DNA of 64,000 nt from Octopus vulgaris (GCA_951406725.2 OX597830.1:34410001-34474000); one strand, 5' to 3'; numbered from the stretch's first letter, positions 41,862-55,800 are shown. Notes: generated by a model not told the origin, from the sequence alone. Program-made: numbers and translations.

Positions 41862-42092
41862 GCATTTATAGTAATCTACACTATTATCCTTTTGAGCTTC
41901 TGGTCATCTTTAAGTGCACTCAGCAGCAGCTGGGTCAGAATAATCTTAGAAAGCATCATTATAATATAAATACATTGAGGACTCTATACTTGAATTTTGT
42001 ATTGAGTGCTTTATTTGAATTTAATCAACTAAGTCAAATTTGAATGGAATTAAGACATCAACTCTTTCCCTCTCTGTCTCTCTCCCTGTCTC

Positions 42093-42153
<61 letters not shown>

Positions 42154-42299
42154 GTCTATATGCATATTATATTATATATATATATATATGTGTATGTTTA
42201 TATTTATATATGTAAATATACCTGAGATGTCATTAGCAGGTAAGTATGATCTGATAGCTTGTGCCACACTTTCACTAATTCTTTTAAAGGGCCCATGTA

Positions 42300-42930
42300 A
42301 TCATGAACAGACACAGTCATTCTCTGGACTCTCATTGAGATTGTGAGAGATACAAGTAGGTAGAGTGGGACACCTACCATCAGTCAAATAATTCTCATTT
42401 TCATTTCTATATGCTGGAGCAATGTGAAACGATGCTCCTTGTCCAAGGATACAACTCTCTACAAGATCCAGGAAATTAACTCTCAACTTTATGTTCATGA
42501 GCTTCAAAGCCTAACGTATACTCTTTTCCTCTTTTACTTCTTTCAGTCATTTGACTGTGGCCATGCTGGAGCACCGCCTTTAGTCAAGCAAGTAGACCCC
42601 AGGACTTATTCTTTGTAAGCCTAGTACTTATTCTATCAGTGTTTTTGTCAAACTGCTAAGTTACAGGGACGTAAGCACACCAGCATCGGTTGTCAAGCGA
42701 TGTTGTGGGGACAAACACAACCACACAAACATACACACACACATATACATATATATACATATATATGACGGGCTTCTTTCAATTTCCGTCTACCAAATCC
42801 ACTCACAAGGCTTTGGTCGGCCTGAGGCTATAGTAGAAGACACTTGCCCAAGATGCCACTCAGTAGGACTGAACCCAGAACCATGTGGTTGGTAAGCAAG
42901 ATACTTACCACACAGCCACTCCTACGCCTA
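42300..42930 (-). mobile_element. Degenerate SINE family C (42300-42515) abutting a full-length SINE family A (42520-42930)
   Basis: gctggagcaatgtgaaac..tgctccttgtccaaggatacaac core; family A consensus. Confidence 0.85.
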
Positions 42931-43299
42931 TATGTATGCCTTTGTTTAAAATTGAATTTTGTTATAAAGAGTATTCCTAACGTTAAAGGCAAGAGCAGTG
43001 CTTGCATCTATGGTTAATTCATTTGTTCATTAAGGTGTGGATGGCATGTTCATATATCAAGTATAGGGTTTCTGCTTTTTTCATTTCAAGTAGTTTTAGA
43101 GTAAGTGCTGATTGATGCAGTGATTAAAATAAACAGTCACTTAGATTGATTTCGAATTACATGCTCAGACCATCACAAGGTCCTCTCTATTGTCTTCTGC
43201 CTTTAGAACTTTCTTCAGTTTCTGCTACAGAAGTAATGATTTTTGTACAACATGAAGCTGAAGATAATCAACACAATTTTAAAGGAAAAATTAGTTAGG

Positions 43300-44000
43300 A
43301 ATAGGAGCAAAAATTATCCCAGATTGATTAAGGGTCTTGCAGATTGGTATTTGCAGAAGCACAAACTTGCCATTGATCAACACTGTGTGATACTAGGCCA
43401 ATAGACTGATAATGTTGCTTGGAGTTTGGTTCAGTCAAATCTTCATGGTGGACATAAACTGAGTGGAGATTAGGATTAGTGTGGCTATTCTCGGATGGAA
43501 ATTAACTGAGGGGAAAGTTATTTAGAAAAGTGGTGGCATACATTAGCTCTACCATATATCACCTTATGATTGTCATCTTGTCATGCTTCATATTTTTTAT
43601 CAGATGAGATTGAATCATTTGTCATTCTACTTCATATGGAAAGTACACATTTCTGCATCAATCTGGGAATCTATCCGCTACCAACATCTTCTTCATACAG
43701 GGTTTGGTTTGGCATGGCTGGGGGATTTGCAGATAAGTGCAGAGACTGATATTTACAGATATTTCTGGATGATGAGCAGTATAGTTCCTTTTGCCTTGCA
43801 TGCTTTCTGCAGAGTGCAATTCTGTCCATGTACTGAAGTCCTAGGTTAGTTGAAAGCAGAATCTGAGTTCTTGATATCTGGGATGTTGATGTTATTTGCA
43901 ACCTTAAGAGGAAGAGTGATGATATCCTCATGGAAACTTTGGCAATTCACAAGAACTACCTAACTGCCTGTTCTGTGGGAGTTTTTGGCCCTGGTTAAAT
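43300..44000 (-). mobile_element. Possible decayed CR1/L2 LINE fragment
   Basis: Fragmentary resemblance of the minus-strand translation to the post-RT region (LICKS...P, QS*GGYMVELMY cf. RR.RGDMIE.YK). Weak. Confidence 0.25.
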
Positions 44001-44263
44001 AGATAAATTCTTGAATTCCTGGCCAAGCAGTACTTCTGGGAGGTATTGTTCATTCAGAATAAATCCAGAAGTCACTGTGGTACTGTTAGACCCCTTTTGA
44101 TATGCATACCATACAATGAAACCTTTATCATGTATGTTATCAATGTCTGGGCATTGCCGTGTTGTGGAGTTTTGTCAAACTGCTGTTCTTATTCCATCTT
44201 TGAGCAAGATTTGACTGCTATGTCTAACTGAACAAGTAATAAAGTGAAACTTCTTTTGTTAAG

Positions 44264-44523
44264 TGGAGGCGCATGACTTAGAGGTTAAGGTGTCAGCATC
44301 ATGACTGTAAGATTGTGGTTTCGATTCCTGGACCGGGTGATGCGTCATGTTCTTGAGCAAAACACTTCATTTCACATTGTTCCAGTCCACTCAGCTGGCA
44401 AAAATTAGTAACTCTGCGATGGACTGGCATCCCATCCGGCTGGAGAACACATACACCATGGAAACCGGGAAACCGAGACCATGAGCCTGGCTAGGCTTTA
44501 AAAGGGTGCATATATTTATTTAT
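44264..44523 (+). mobile_element. SINE family C with 75-bp flanking direct repeat
   Basis: tggaggcgcatgacttagaggtt...gtttcgattcctggaccgg...ctgcgatggactggcatcccatcc...(attt)n; direct repeats at 44189-44263 and 44524-44598. Confidence 0.92.
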
Positions 44524-44760
44524 TTATTCCATCTTTGAGCAAGATTTGACTGCTATGTCTAACTGAACAAGTAGTAAAGTGAAACTTCTTTTGTTAAGCT
44601 TAGTTTTGGCTATTGTTTTTGTTGTTGTTATTTAACCCCAGGTCAATACAGTTTCAGCGAACCTATGAAAGACTTTTCAGTTGTGCCTGCCCAGGCCATT
44701 TACTTCTCTGCAGGCACTGAGTATCTAGTACTACATTATCCAATGTGATATTTTATTTAA

Positions 44761-44973
44761 CCCTTTAGAACTCAAACCAGCCAAAATATTTAATTTGTTT
44801 GATATTGAAGCAGACCAGATACAGCCTCTCACCTCAGTCTTACAATGTTATTGTTAAACTAAACAATCTCATCATCAAACTCCCTAAGCATCATGATAAT
44901 AATGCATGATTAATTTAAAACAATATGAATAAACGATCATTACATTTGACAGAATAATCTATATATTAAAGGG
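44761..44973. mobile_element. piggyBac-type MITE inserted in a family D repeat
   Basis: TTAA|ccctttag ... ttaaaggg|TTAA termini and TSD. Confidence 0.75.
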
Positions 44974-45748
44974 TTAATGATAGTAGGGCATGATTTGGAA
45001 GAAATTTTGGTTGCTATTTCTAGCAGTTCAAACAACCATGTTGAGACCCACCAACACACTGAAGGATATATTTCTTGTTTATTGACATGTTTGGTGGTTA
45101 GTTTACTAGCGTTTGTGATTGCTCGGGGATGCTAATTAATTTATTCCTATCGTAGTTGATGATGACCACCACTCCAGTTGATGATGTGGATGGTGATGAT
45201 GATGATGATGATGATGATGAGATGATAATGATGATTATGATGATGACAACGATGGTTTTACTGCTATTGATGTCAATGGAAATAAGTTTTTTTTTTCCTG
45301 ATATTTCTTTGTCTCTCTGTCTGTCTTCCCCCATTCTCTCACTCTCTCTCTCTCTTTCCCCATTGTTTTATCTCAGCTCAGCCCCCCCCCCCGTACTTCA
45401 TTTACTTTCCCCATCAACGCCTCTCCCGCTTACACCAGAACACCATCACTTTTCTCCACTGACATATATGATGTTAAATTATGTCAGCAACACCTGTTTG
45501 AATAAAACACCTCCTGATATATTCCGGTGTGAGTCCCAAGGCAACGTACACTATGAGTTCATACATTGACAGCTCTACAACCAGAACACTGTTGTTGTTG
45601 TCGTTATTGTTATTATTTTCTACTAGAATGTAATGATTCTTGTATATATTTTCCTCTTTCACAATTCAATATTCAATATGAATAGTTATTGTTGTTGGTG
45701 TTGTCGATGTAATATTTGTTTTTATATAAAGTGCATTTAGATGCATAT

Positions 45749-45846
<98 letters not shown>

Positions 45847-45940
45847 CATGTATATATGAATTATAAATACTTGTGTATAGATGTAAAAATATACTTATAT
45901 TCATATCTACACATATAATATATTTATATACATACTCTCT

Positions 45941-45976
<36 letters not shown>

Positions 45977-45994
45977 GACACACTCATACAGACA

Positions 45995-46035
<41 letters not shown>

Positions 46036-46826
46036 ACACACACACACACAGTGCTACTGCTTGTGTTAAAAGTTTTCTTGTTTAATAATCATTTGTTTTT
46101 CATGGTTTTTTGAATGACAAAAGTATAAAAATTTTATGAAGTATATTTTTTATCTAAATATTTCATGCTTTACAAATTCATGTATGTATATATAAAAAGA
46201 TAGATTGATAGATGGATAGATAGGTAGATAGATAGATAGATAGACAGACTGGCAGACAAACAGACAGATAGATATAAAGCATGAGAAAGAGAGCGAGATA
46301 TATATGTTACTTTTTAAAATTTAAATAGGCTATATAGGCACATGTTTACTTATAGATACAAATATATATATATATATATATATATATGCATTTGTTTGTA
46401 TATATGCATTTATGTGTATGTATATATATATACACATATAAGTATATAGAGACTTAGTAATTTTAATATTTCTATTATGTATATATATGTATTTGTATAT
46501 ACATATATTCATATGCATGTATTTATGTATATTTGTATATACATATTAATGTGTGTATATATATATGTGTGTGTGTGTATACATTTACATGTGTGTTTGT
46601 GTGTGTTTGAGTGTGTGTGTGTGTGTATATATTTGTGTGTGTGCATGTGTATCGCTGTGTGTGTGTGTGTGTGTTGGTATAAGGCCAAGTTAGTATGGCT
46701 TCTTGAACCATTAATGCATTGCTTTCTTGACCAAAGCACTTCACTTCACATTGTGCTTCTCCACTCAACTGAGAGTGTGTAAACTTGCAATGGACAGACT
46801 TCTTGGTCAAGGATAATACTGGACTG

Positions 46827-47146
46827 CTAGGTGGGCAGTCCAGTATTATCTGTTTCTTTATTGCCCACAAGGGGCTAAACATAGAGGGGACAAACAAGGA
46901 CAAACAAATGGATTAAGTCGATTATATCGACTCCAGTGCATAACTGGTACTTAATTTATCGACCCCGAAAGGATGAAAGGAGGTCTACTTTGCCTTTCAT
47001 CCTTTCGGGGTCGATAAATTGAGTACCAGTTACGCACTGGAGTCGATATAATCAACTTATTCCATTTGTCTGTCCTTTTTTGTCCCCTCTATGTTTAGCC
47101 CCTTGTGGGCAATAAAGAAACAGATAATACTGGACTGCCCACCTAG
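46827..47146. mobile_element. Fold-back (palindromic) SINE family B insertion inside an old family C SINE
   Basis: 154-bp arms (46827-46980 / 46993-47146), 12-nt loop, ~6 mismatches; 15-bp TSD gataatactggactg at 46812 and 47123. Confidence 0.92.
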
Positions 47147-47199
47147 CCAGTGGTGTGTCATCATATGAGAGTTATAAGAAAATGAAGAAACATTGTGAC

Positions 47200-47612
47200 C
47201 AGCTGTATATAACAATGCCCAATGTTCTGCTCCATACATTGATACAATGATCTCAAAATGCTGAGAATTATGAAGAAGACAGAGAACTGAAATATGAGGT
47301 GCAGTGTTGCACTCAAGAAGGATATCCTAAAACCAAGGTTCCATGTAAAAAGCATTGTTGTTGGTGCTGGTGCCACATATAAAGCAATGGTGATGGCACC
47401 ACTTAAAAAGCACTGCAGATAGTGCCATGTAAAAAGCACCCAGTACACTCTGTAAAGTGGTTGAGATGAGGAAGGAAATCCAACTGTGGAAAGCAAGCCA
47501 AAACAGACTACTATGGAACCTGATGAGGCCCTGGGCCTTGCCAGTTCCTCTCAAGCCGTCCAACCCATGCCAGCATAGCATAGAACACAGACATTAAATG
47601 ATGATGATGATG
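47200..47612 (+). mobile_element. RTE-type LINE 3' end / RTE-tailed SINE
   Basis: gccatgtaaaaagcac repeats, then ccgtccaacccatgccagcat...gacattaaatgatgatgat tail; the same tail occurs at 57703-57752. Confidence 0.7.
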
Positions 47613-48229
47613 GTATATACGTACACATGTATATATAGTGGGCGTATCAATAGGTGCAGGCATTTTACTTCAGAACCACATGATCAGTAGTTCAATCACA
47701 CTGTGAATGCTGTTACCTGATGTCCTCTACAATAGTCATGGTTGACCAATATTCTTCTATCGGAACTTTGTTTTCCCCTTGACTTGATATGTTTGTGCTG
47801 TTTCTAAACAAAATATCACAATTCATGCAAACAGCATTATCTGTTTGCAGTCCACTGCAAAAACATGTCTATACCATTTGTTATTTGATAAACTGGGGGG
47901 AAATGATAACTGCACTTGACTTGGAAGCAGATGAAGATTGCTATCAGAAAGGGCATCCAGAATCAGAAACTTTTATCCAAAGTTTCATCTAACCCACACA
48001 AATATGGAAAATTAAACATTAATATCAGGGAAGTTATTGAATGGGTTATCCAAGGACAGGACAGGATACCAATAAATCTCTCTTCCTAGTGAAACAACTA
48101 CTGAAAAAATGTTTAGAAGTAAGCTAGTATATTCGGCATTCAATGATCCAGAGAAGGTCATTAGTCCTCTATTGTGTAACATGGTATAAGTGGCAGGATC
48201 AGTAAGAAGATTAGAGTTAAACAAATGGC

Positions 48230-49190
48230 TTATAATAGTGAAAGTGATGTTAGGTGAAAGTTAGCCATGAGTTAATCATAAAATTTCATGTGCCTGTTGC
48301 TAGCCATCACAGCTCAATTCTCTGACCCCCATTTGTTTCAGTTGTTCAGTTGATAACAGGGATTAAGACTGGTTAATCATAAATCTTCATTCACTGATGG
48401 TTAATTTTCTAAGCTGCAACTGTTAAAAATATGGCGACAAAATTCCACAGCATATAAGTAAAATCTAGGATTGAGAGAACATAAATATAAACTTAACAAA
48501 GATTTGACTTTAAATAAGTTGAGAAAATGGATCCTGTTGCCATCAGAGAAATGGCTATACTCAATAAGTAGAAACGATGTCGGTAGAAAATCTATATAGT
48601 TTATCCAAATGTAGGAAGCACAATAGGTGTAATGGAACTGCAAGTAGGTTGATGAAGAAGGTGAGCATAGTATGTGGGAGACACACAGAAGCAGTTTATC
48701 AGTAAGATCGAATGTGGAATAGACACCTTCAAATGCCCAGAAGATTTTCTAGAAATGGTAGCTTTTATTATATTGGTGATATAATTGACAATAGAGTTAG
48801 GTGCTCTGAAAGCAAATCTGACAGAGGAAGAGCAGAAAAATTTCAGAAAGTTGTTACCCCTGCTGGCAAATAAAAGGTTCTTCTCTCTGGGTGACGGACA
48901 AATGGTATGATGCAAGTGTATTACTGCATGATAGAAAGACATGGATGTTGAGAGTTGCAAATGAGCTAAATCTGGGAAGAAATGAGGTAAACATGCATTA
49001 CAAAAAAAACGTCAAATGTTAGTGTTTGTGAACAATGGAGCAGAAATGACATTGTAAACAGACTGGGTATACAAAGAAGTGGTAAAAGCTGATCCCAAGA
49101 GACTGGATCTCACAAAGAAACCGATAAAAGATCACAATATGTGACATGACACAAGACTGGAGAAATTGTCCATCTCATACGAACAAGAGA
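48230..49190 (-). mobile_element. Decayed Penelope-like retroelement (GIY-YIG region)
   Basis: Minus strand STYLQFHYTYCASYIW resembles the IY.F.C.CGASYIG endonuclease motif; upstream thumb-like region; many indels. Confidence 0.5.
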
Positions 49191-49214
49191 AAACAAACCT
49201 AAAATGATGACAAT

Positions 49215-49500
49215 AGCACACATATATGCACATGCAAACGTACACGAGTTACACATATATGCATGCATATATGCACATACAAACATACACGTGTTATACA
49301 TATATGCATGCATACATGTATGCATATATGCACATACAAACATGCAAAATTTACACATATATGCACATACAAACATACATGAGTTACACATATATGCACA
49401 TACAAACATACAGGTGTTACACATATATGCACATACAGACATATACGTGTTAGACATATATGCATGCATATATGCACATACAAACATACATGTGCTACAA
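49215..49500. repeat. ~32-40 bp minisatellite built from TA/CA/TGCA microsatellite
   Basis: Unit acacatatatgcacatacaaacatacacgagtt with optional atgcatgc; about 8 copies. Confidence 0.9.
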
Positions 49501-49911
49501 AACAAAGAGAAAAATATGCCAGGAACCGCATTATATATTGTGCACCTGTGTAAGTTTTAGCATGTATGCTGTACTATAAAGTAATATTTATGTGTCTCAA
49601 CAAATACATATGTAATGATTGTGTCTAACAGTTAGTGTCTATAAGTGCATATCTGTTACTTTTTCATAACATATGCATTCATATTGTATTTGCTAATTTG
49701 TTGAAAATAATGGTTTCTGTTCTGGCATAATTTGCTTTTAGTATTGTAGGTAATATTAATTCTCTGTCCAACACACCCTTTGCATGTGTGTGTATGGGTG
49801 TGTAGGTGTGATTGTATGTTTCTGTATATATCTATATATATATATAAATGTACATGTGTGTGTACACATTCGTGCATGTGTGTGTGCTTGTCATTTATGT
49901 GTACATATCCT

Positions 49912-49975
<64 letters not shown>

Positions 49976-50133
49976 CCCTTGATGTGTATTCATACACTTA
50001 TATTTATGAGAGACAGACATAGATGTAAGCGAAAAGAATATACACACATACTTCCATACACATATGTAACCATGTATACATATGTATATATATACATATA
50101 TATATGTACATATGTATATATGTATATATATAC

Positions 50134-50168
<35 letters not shown>

Positions 50169-50222
50169 ACACAAACACAGACTATATATATGGACACATA
50201 CACATACACACATATATATAGG

Positions 50223-50299
<77 letters not shown>

Positions 50300-50587
50300 C
50301 TTCTATAATATACATCTTCATAATTCTAAAATTGGTTGTTACTTAGAGGAGGAAAAAATTATGAAATGATCAAATAATATGCAGACGAAGACATATGAAT
50401 GTGTGTGTGTGTGTGTATGTGTGTTAGTTTATGTGTGGTTTATGTGTTTTTGTATAATTTAGAGCTGTGTATGAAGACACATAGATATTCTTGTCTTTTC
50501 ATGTACATCTACTATATCGGTATATATGTATTTCTGAATGAGTTCGGAGAAGCTGTGTATAAATCTGTACAGAGCAACACACACACA

Positions 50588-50651
<64 letters not shown>

Positions 50652-50925
50652 TACACACACTAATGCCTATACACATATATACATATATTTATTTATATAT
50701 GCGAATGTATGAATATGCATACACATACATATGTATATATGCATATATGTGTAATTATATATGTGCGTATATATATATATATATGTGTGTGTGTGTTTGT
50801 GTATACATATATTAGTGTGTGTGTGTATGTATATGTGTATGCATACGTGTGTTTATGTATATTTCAGTGATGCATCTATCAAAATAAACACAACAGTGAT
50901 ATAAATTCACTAAAAGAAATGAGTG

Positions 50926-50960
<35 letters not shown>

Positions 50961-51183
50961 GTTCGAATTTGTGCATATGGGTGGGGAGAGAATTACTGTG
51001 TATCTGTTTGCATGCATGTGTATTTATATTCACATAACTGCATACTTTCACACATTTCCTAATGTAGCCGTCTTTCTTATTTACATACATACATACATCT
51101 TTACACACATTCATCCATCCATCCATATACACATAGATGCATATATACATACATATATACATACATACATACATATATATGTG

Positions 51184-51259
<76 letters not shown>

Positions 51260-51600
51260 CATATATATCTGTATAAGTATTCACCAACATATCAATACCA
51301 TTTTATATATAGAGATCTGAGCTTCCTGCAATTACCATTTTTATTTTTCCAAAATTGTCAATAATATTTTTCCTATGCTCTACATTTCTTTGCTTATTTT
51401 ACTTTTATATAATTGTGCTTCTTTTTTCTTTACGGTTCTCTTATAATTTTTATTTCTATCTGGGCAATACAGATAAAAAAAAAATACTTAGAAACTCTAC
51501 TAAACTCCATAGAATATTAATCAGGGTATCACTGACATCTATCAATTGTTTCTACAAGAATGGCATGATTTGCAAGAAAATTATATATATATATACATAC

Positions 51601-51633
<33 letters not shown>

Positions 51634-52399
51634 CATACATACATTTATGTAAATACGCATACATGTATAACTGTACATGTGTATTTGTGGGAATATATGA
51701 GTGTGCATCTGTGTGTATGTGTGTATGATGTATGTATATGTATAAATTCGTCAGCTATATATTTACATATAATATATTTATTTTATATCATATGCATTAT
51801 GCATATGTATGTTTATATATAATATGTGCTCTGAAAATGTGTGGCTAGGCGTGCATGCATGAGCCTACATGTGTGTATGTATCTGTGTGTGTGTGTGTGT
51901 GTCGGTGTGTGTAAATATAATGTAATGAATTAAAGAAAACTTTTTTCTATACACAAAATAAAAAAAAAATCTCTTCCTCTATTTCACTTCCACTCTGCCA
52001 GTACCAAATTCATTTTTTTCTTCTTTGTAACACCCACCTCTTGTTGTTCATTGCTGATATTGTTGTTATCGCTATTGTTGTTATGGCGGTTGTTGTTGTT
52101 GTTGTTGCTGTTTTATACCTCTGTGACATTAAGTTCTGGAGTACAGAATTAATTCAAAATCTTCAAAATAAAAGTAAATTAATGCCTAACCAAATATATA
52201 TGAGAAATGGTAAATATGGAATCTCACTGATAATGATGAATTTGGAAATATATTTTGTTTATTTGCTGGCTAGCTTATTTTTTACTTTTTGTTGTTATAT
52301 ATATATATATATATATATGTGTGTATGTATGTATGTATGTATTTATTATTTTTGTTTTATTCAATATTTGCATTCATAGCAGTATCTTGCTATTTCTGT

Positions 52400-53062
52400 T
52401 TTATTCTCATTGTCATCAACACCCCCACCGACACGTTCATTCATCATCTACATTATTATCATCATTCGTAGCCATTCCTACCACAACCACCACCACCACC
52501 ACCGACAACAACAACAGCAACAACAACAGCAACAACAACAACACAATCAACAGGACCAGCACAGCTAATACTATATTCTCGCCTTCACTGCCTCAAATAG
52601 CACTAGCACCAACCCGCTACCAGCATCACCACCACCACTAACAACAACAACAACAACAACAACACAACTACCATATTACCATTATTACTGTCGTCGCTAC
52701 CATTGCTACTACTATTATTATTATCATCATCATCATCATCATCATCATCTCTCACCTCAGCTACTTTTATGACTACCAGCAGTGCGATCACCATATTTGT
52801 AGTTTCACTACCACTATCACCTCAACCATACCCCCTCCCGCCATTGCCTCCCACCACCATTACTAGAATCAACAGTGCTACCATCACCACCACCACCATC
52901 AGCATCATCATTATTTCTCAGCAACATTGTGATAACCACCACTGTCATTTCAATTGTCGAAACCCATATCATTACTGTTACGATCCCCACCAACTATGAT
53001 CAGCACAAACATTGTCAAATTGTCAGCAACTGGGTCGTCAGTTGTTGTCATCATCATCAACG

Positions 53063-53103
<41 letters not shown>

Positions 53104-53610
53104 TTCACCACTACCACCACTGCCAAGACAATCATTGTCATCATCATAATCATCATCATTACCACTACCACCAACACCAAGATCATCGTCATCATCGTCG
53201 TCATCATCATCAACATCATCATCATCGTCATTGTTCTCTTCCTCCGTGTCATCATTTCCATCACAATCAGCTTCAGCATCATCATCATCGTCACCACCAC
53301 CACCACCACCACCAAGACCATCATCATCATTGACATCATTGTCCCCATCAACATCATCTTTATCATCATTGTGTTCCTCCTCATCCTCATCGTCATCATT
53401 ACAATCGCATTGTCATCATCATGATCATCATAATCATCAACTTTGTCGTCTTCGTCATCATCATTAACATCAGTACTATCATCATAATCAGCATCGTTAT
53501 TGCCATCATTGTCTTCATCGTCATAATCATAGTCCCCATCAACATCTTCACTATTACTATCATCATCATCAACCACATCATCATCACAACAACACTCTCC
53601 TTATCATCAG
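52400..53610. repeat. Large compound (CAT/CAC/CAA)n low-complexity block
   Basis: Direct reading; gives poly-His/Ile/Ser/Asp pseudo-ORFs in all frames. Confidence 0.9.
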
Positions 53611-53697
53611 GATTACCTTTTTAAAGAGACTAACTCAACAGAAGTTCTTAGGAAGAGAAGACATTTTGCATTTGCTATCTTGACAACTGGTGATTGT

Positions 53698-53742
53698 CAC
53701 ATGCTGATGATTGGGTCAAATTCAGAAACCTGGGTCCATGTG
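53698..53742 (+). ncRNA. Putative type-I hammerhead ribozyme with fully canonical core
   Basis: cacatg CTGATGA t-tggg-tcaaa-ttca GAAA cc-tg-ggT C catgtg. 6-bp stem I, wobble stem II, short stem III, GUC cleavage triplet (cut after 53736). Confidence 0.75.
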
Positions 53743-54104
53743 TGTCCCATAAGGTTGAAGATGGTAAGGATGACTTCCCTTTGCAAATACTGATAGGGCA
53801 CAGAAAGTGTGTCAATAGCCAGCTGGAGGAGATGTCCTCCTGGGGCTACAAGCTACAGTAGCATCCACTCTTAAGAGTTAGTCACATTTAAGTGGCAAAT
53901 ATACTTCATGGTGTCGTGCAGCTACTGTGTATACCTCGCTCTGAGATTTATTATTGAATGTTTCACTTGATCATTCCAAATTATTGTTGTTATTGATGCT
54001 TAGTAGCAGGCAGGTTAGCCAGATTTGGGTAGATGTAGCAGAGATTACTATGTTTTTCAGCAGTGCACACAGCTATTTTACTCTTGTTTTGGGTAAGAGT
54101 AAAG

Positions 54105-54455
54105 GGCAAAGACACCCCTTTGGTTATAAATGACCACGGGATTGCACCTAGAAAGTTACTCTCCAGGACACTAGCCTTCTCTCTCCATGAATGATCATGA
54201 GATTGCACCTAGAATGTTACCCGCCAAGACACCAGCCTCTCCTTTCCACTTCAGCAATGTTACCCAAGGAAAAGGCAAGGGCCAATACAGTTTGGCACCA
54301 GTGATGTCGCAACTCATTTCTACAGCTGAGTGAACTGGAGCAACATGAAATAAAGTGTCTTGCTCAAGAACACAACACACAGCACGGTCCAGGAATGAAG
54401 CTCACTACGTCATGATTGCGATCCCTATGCTCTAACCACTGAACCATGCACCTTT
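54105..54455 (-). mobile_element. SINE family C (tail variant shared with 26085-26421), with internal duplication
   Basis: gggattgcacctagaaagttac..cc segment present twice; family C core and head. Confidence 0.85.
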
Positions 54456-54459
54456 ATTT

Positions 54460-55800
54460 AATTGGGTCACCTTCACTTATATAGTGGTCAAGCATGGTGA
54501 CTGATTGGAAAGAAAAGGTTTGACAGAAGAGGCTGAAAGAAGAGGAGATAATAAAGTATTGGTGATCCCAAAATGAAGGTGTTAGTGCGTGTGTATGTGA
54601 GAATGTGTAATTGTGGGTGAGTGGATAGGGGCCAGTGACTTTGACGTGTGTGTATGTGTGCATGAGTAAATGTATGCATCTGTAACATGTGGGTGCACGG
54701 ATGATGGTGTGTGGTATGTGTGCTGGGAAGTGGTCAGTGCTAATGTGTGTGGATAGGTGTGGGGTGCTGTGATGTGGTGTGGTGGTGTGGTGGTGAGGTG
54801 GTGTGATGTGGGTGTTGGGTGGGACGTGGGTGTGGGTGGAGTGGGGTATCAATGAAAAAAGTAGGTGAGTAGGAGTGAAGAGAAGTAGGTGTCAGATGAA
54901 AAGAAGGAGAGGAGAGGACAGGTGGGTAGGAGTGAAGAAAGGAAGTAGGTATCAGAGGAAAAGAGGAGAGGAGTGAAGGCAGATGAAGAGAGGAGGGTTG
55001 TTGAGCCCATGTGGTGCAAAGGAGCAAAGAGAGAAGATTAATTCCTGTTCACAGCGAAGGCATGAATTCAGATGGCCCCTGTGAAAAGACAATCTGAACA
55101 CAGACAGATGTTGTAGTCAATGACTGGTAGAGCGGAAATGGCATGAGACCAAGGTGTCATTGCCAAGTCTGATGTCTCAGAGGTACTCTGTGAACTGGTC
55201 AGCCAAGCAGCGTCCCATTTCACTGATTTACAGAGAAGGGCAGAAAGAGCAGGAGATGCAGTAAATGACATTGCTAGAAGTGCAGGTAAAAGAGTCGGTG
55301 GTATGATGATGGGTGCCTGTGAGGATGGTGGTGTTGGAGAGCTAAAGGCAAGTGTGTCAGCATGGGCGAGTGCAGGGGAACAAGCCAGGCTGGGAGATCA
55401 GGTAAGGGAAGAAACTGTGGACCAGGAGGTTATGCAGGTTTGTGGGCTTATTTGAAGGAAGGTATATGTTGGGGAAGGTGTGCAAGGTGAAGGGGTCAGA
55501 CTGGAGTCGCCGAAAGGCTAGGAGAATGGTGCAATGGAGAGGCAGGATGGAGGGGTGGTAGGTGAGGGGGAAATGGGAGATGGGTAATGGCAGGGCGGGT
55601 GCAGGGAGAGAGAGCAGAGACACAGTCCAAGGAACATGCTCTGGCAATGGCTGTGTGGATAGTGGTGAGGGGATGTCTACGAAGGATGAATTGGCAAGCC
55701 ATGAGTTGAGACTGAGTCACAAAGTCATGGCTGTCACTGCAGAGCCTGTGCAGTCGGAGGAATTGGGAGTAGGGGATGGAGTGATAGATGTGGGTAGGGT
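54460..55800 (-). mobile_element. 5'-truncated Penelope-like element, Neptune type (Cys-rich linker + GIY-YIG endonuclease), pseudogenised
   Basis: FPLTYHP...LHNLLVHS...FPCTRPC*HTC...FTCTSSNVIYCISCSFCPSL*ISEMGRCLADQFTEYL...REQELIF(CEQELIF here)..APHGLN; pyrimidine-rich 3'UTR. Confidence 0.88.

Noticed and set aside
44264-44340. tRNA-like A/B boxes (also at other SINE heads)
   Set aside because: These are SINE promoters continuing into CORE-like bodies; no complete cloverleaf.
47520-47545. CTGATGA-ggcc-ctg-ggcc
   Set aside because: The hairpin is followed by TTGC rather than GAAA; lies in an RTE tail; chance match.
52875-53624. Poly-His/poly-Ile/poly-Asp-Met ORFs of 150-208 aa
   Set aside because: Produced in all frames by a (CAT/CAC)n low-complexity block; no splice signals or domain.
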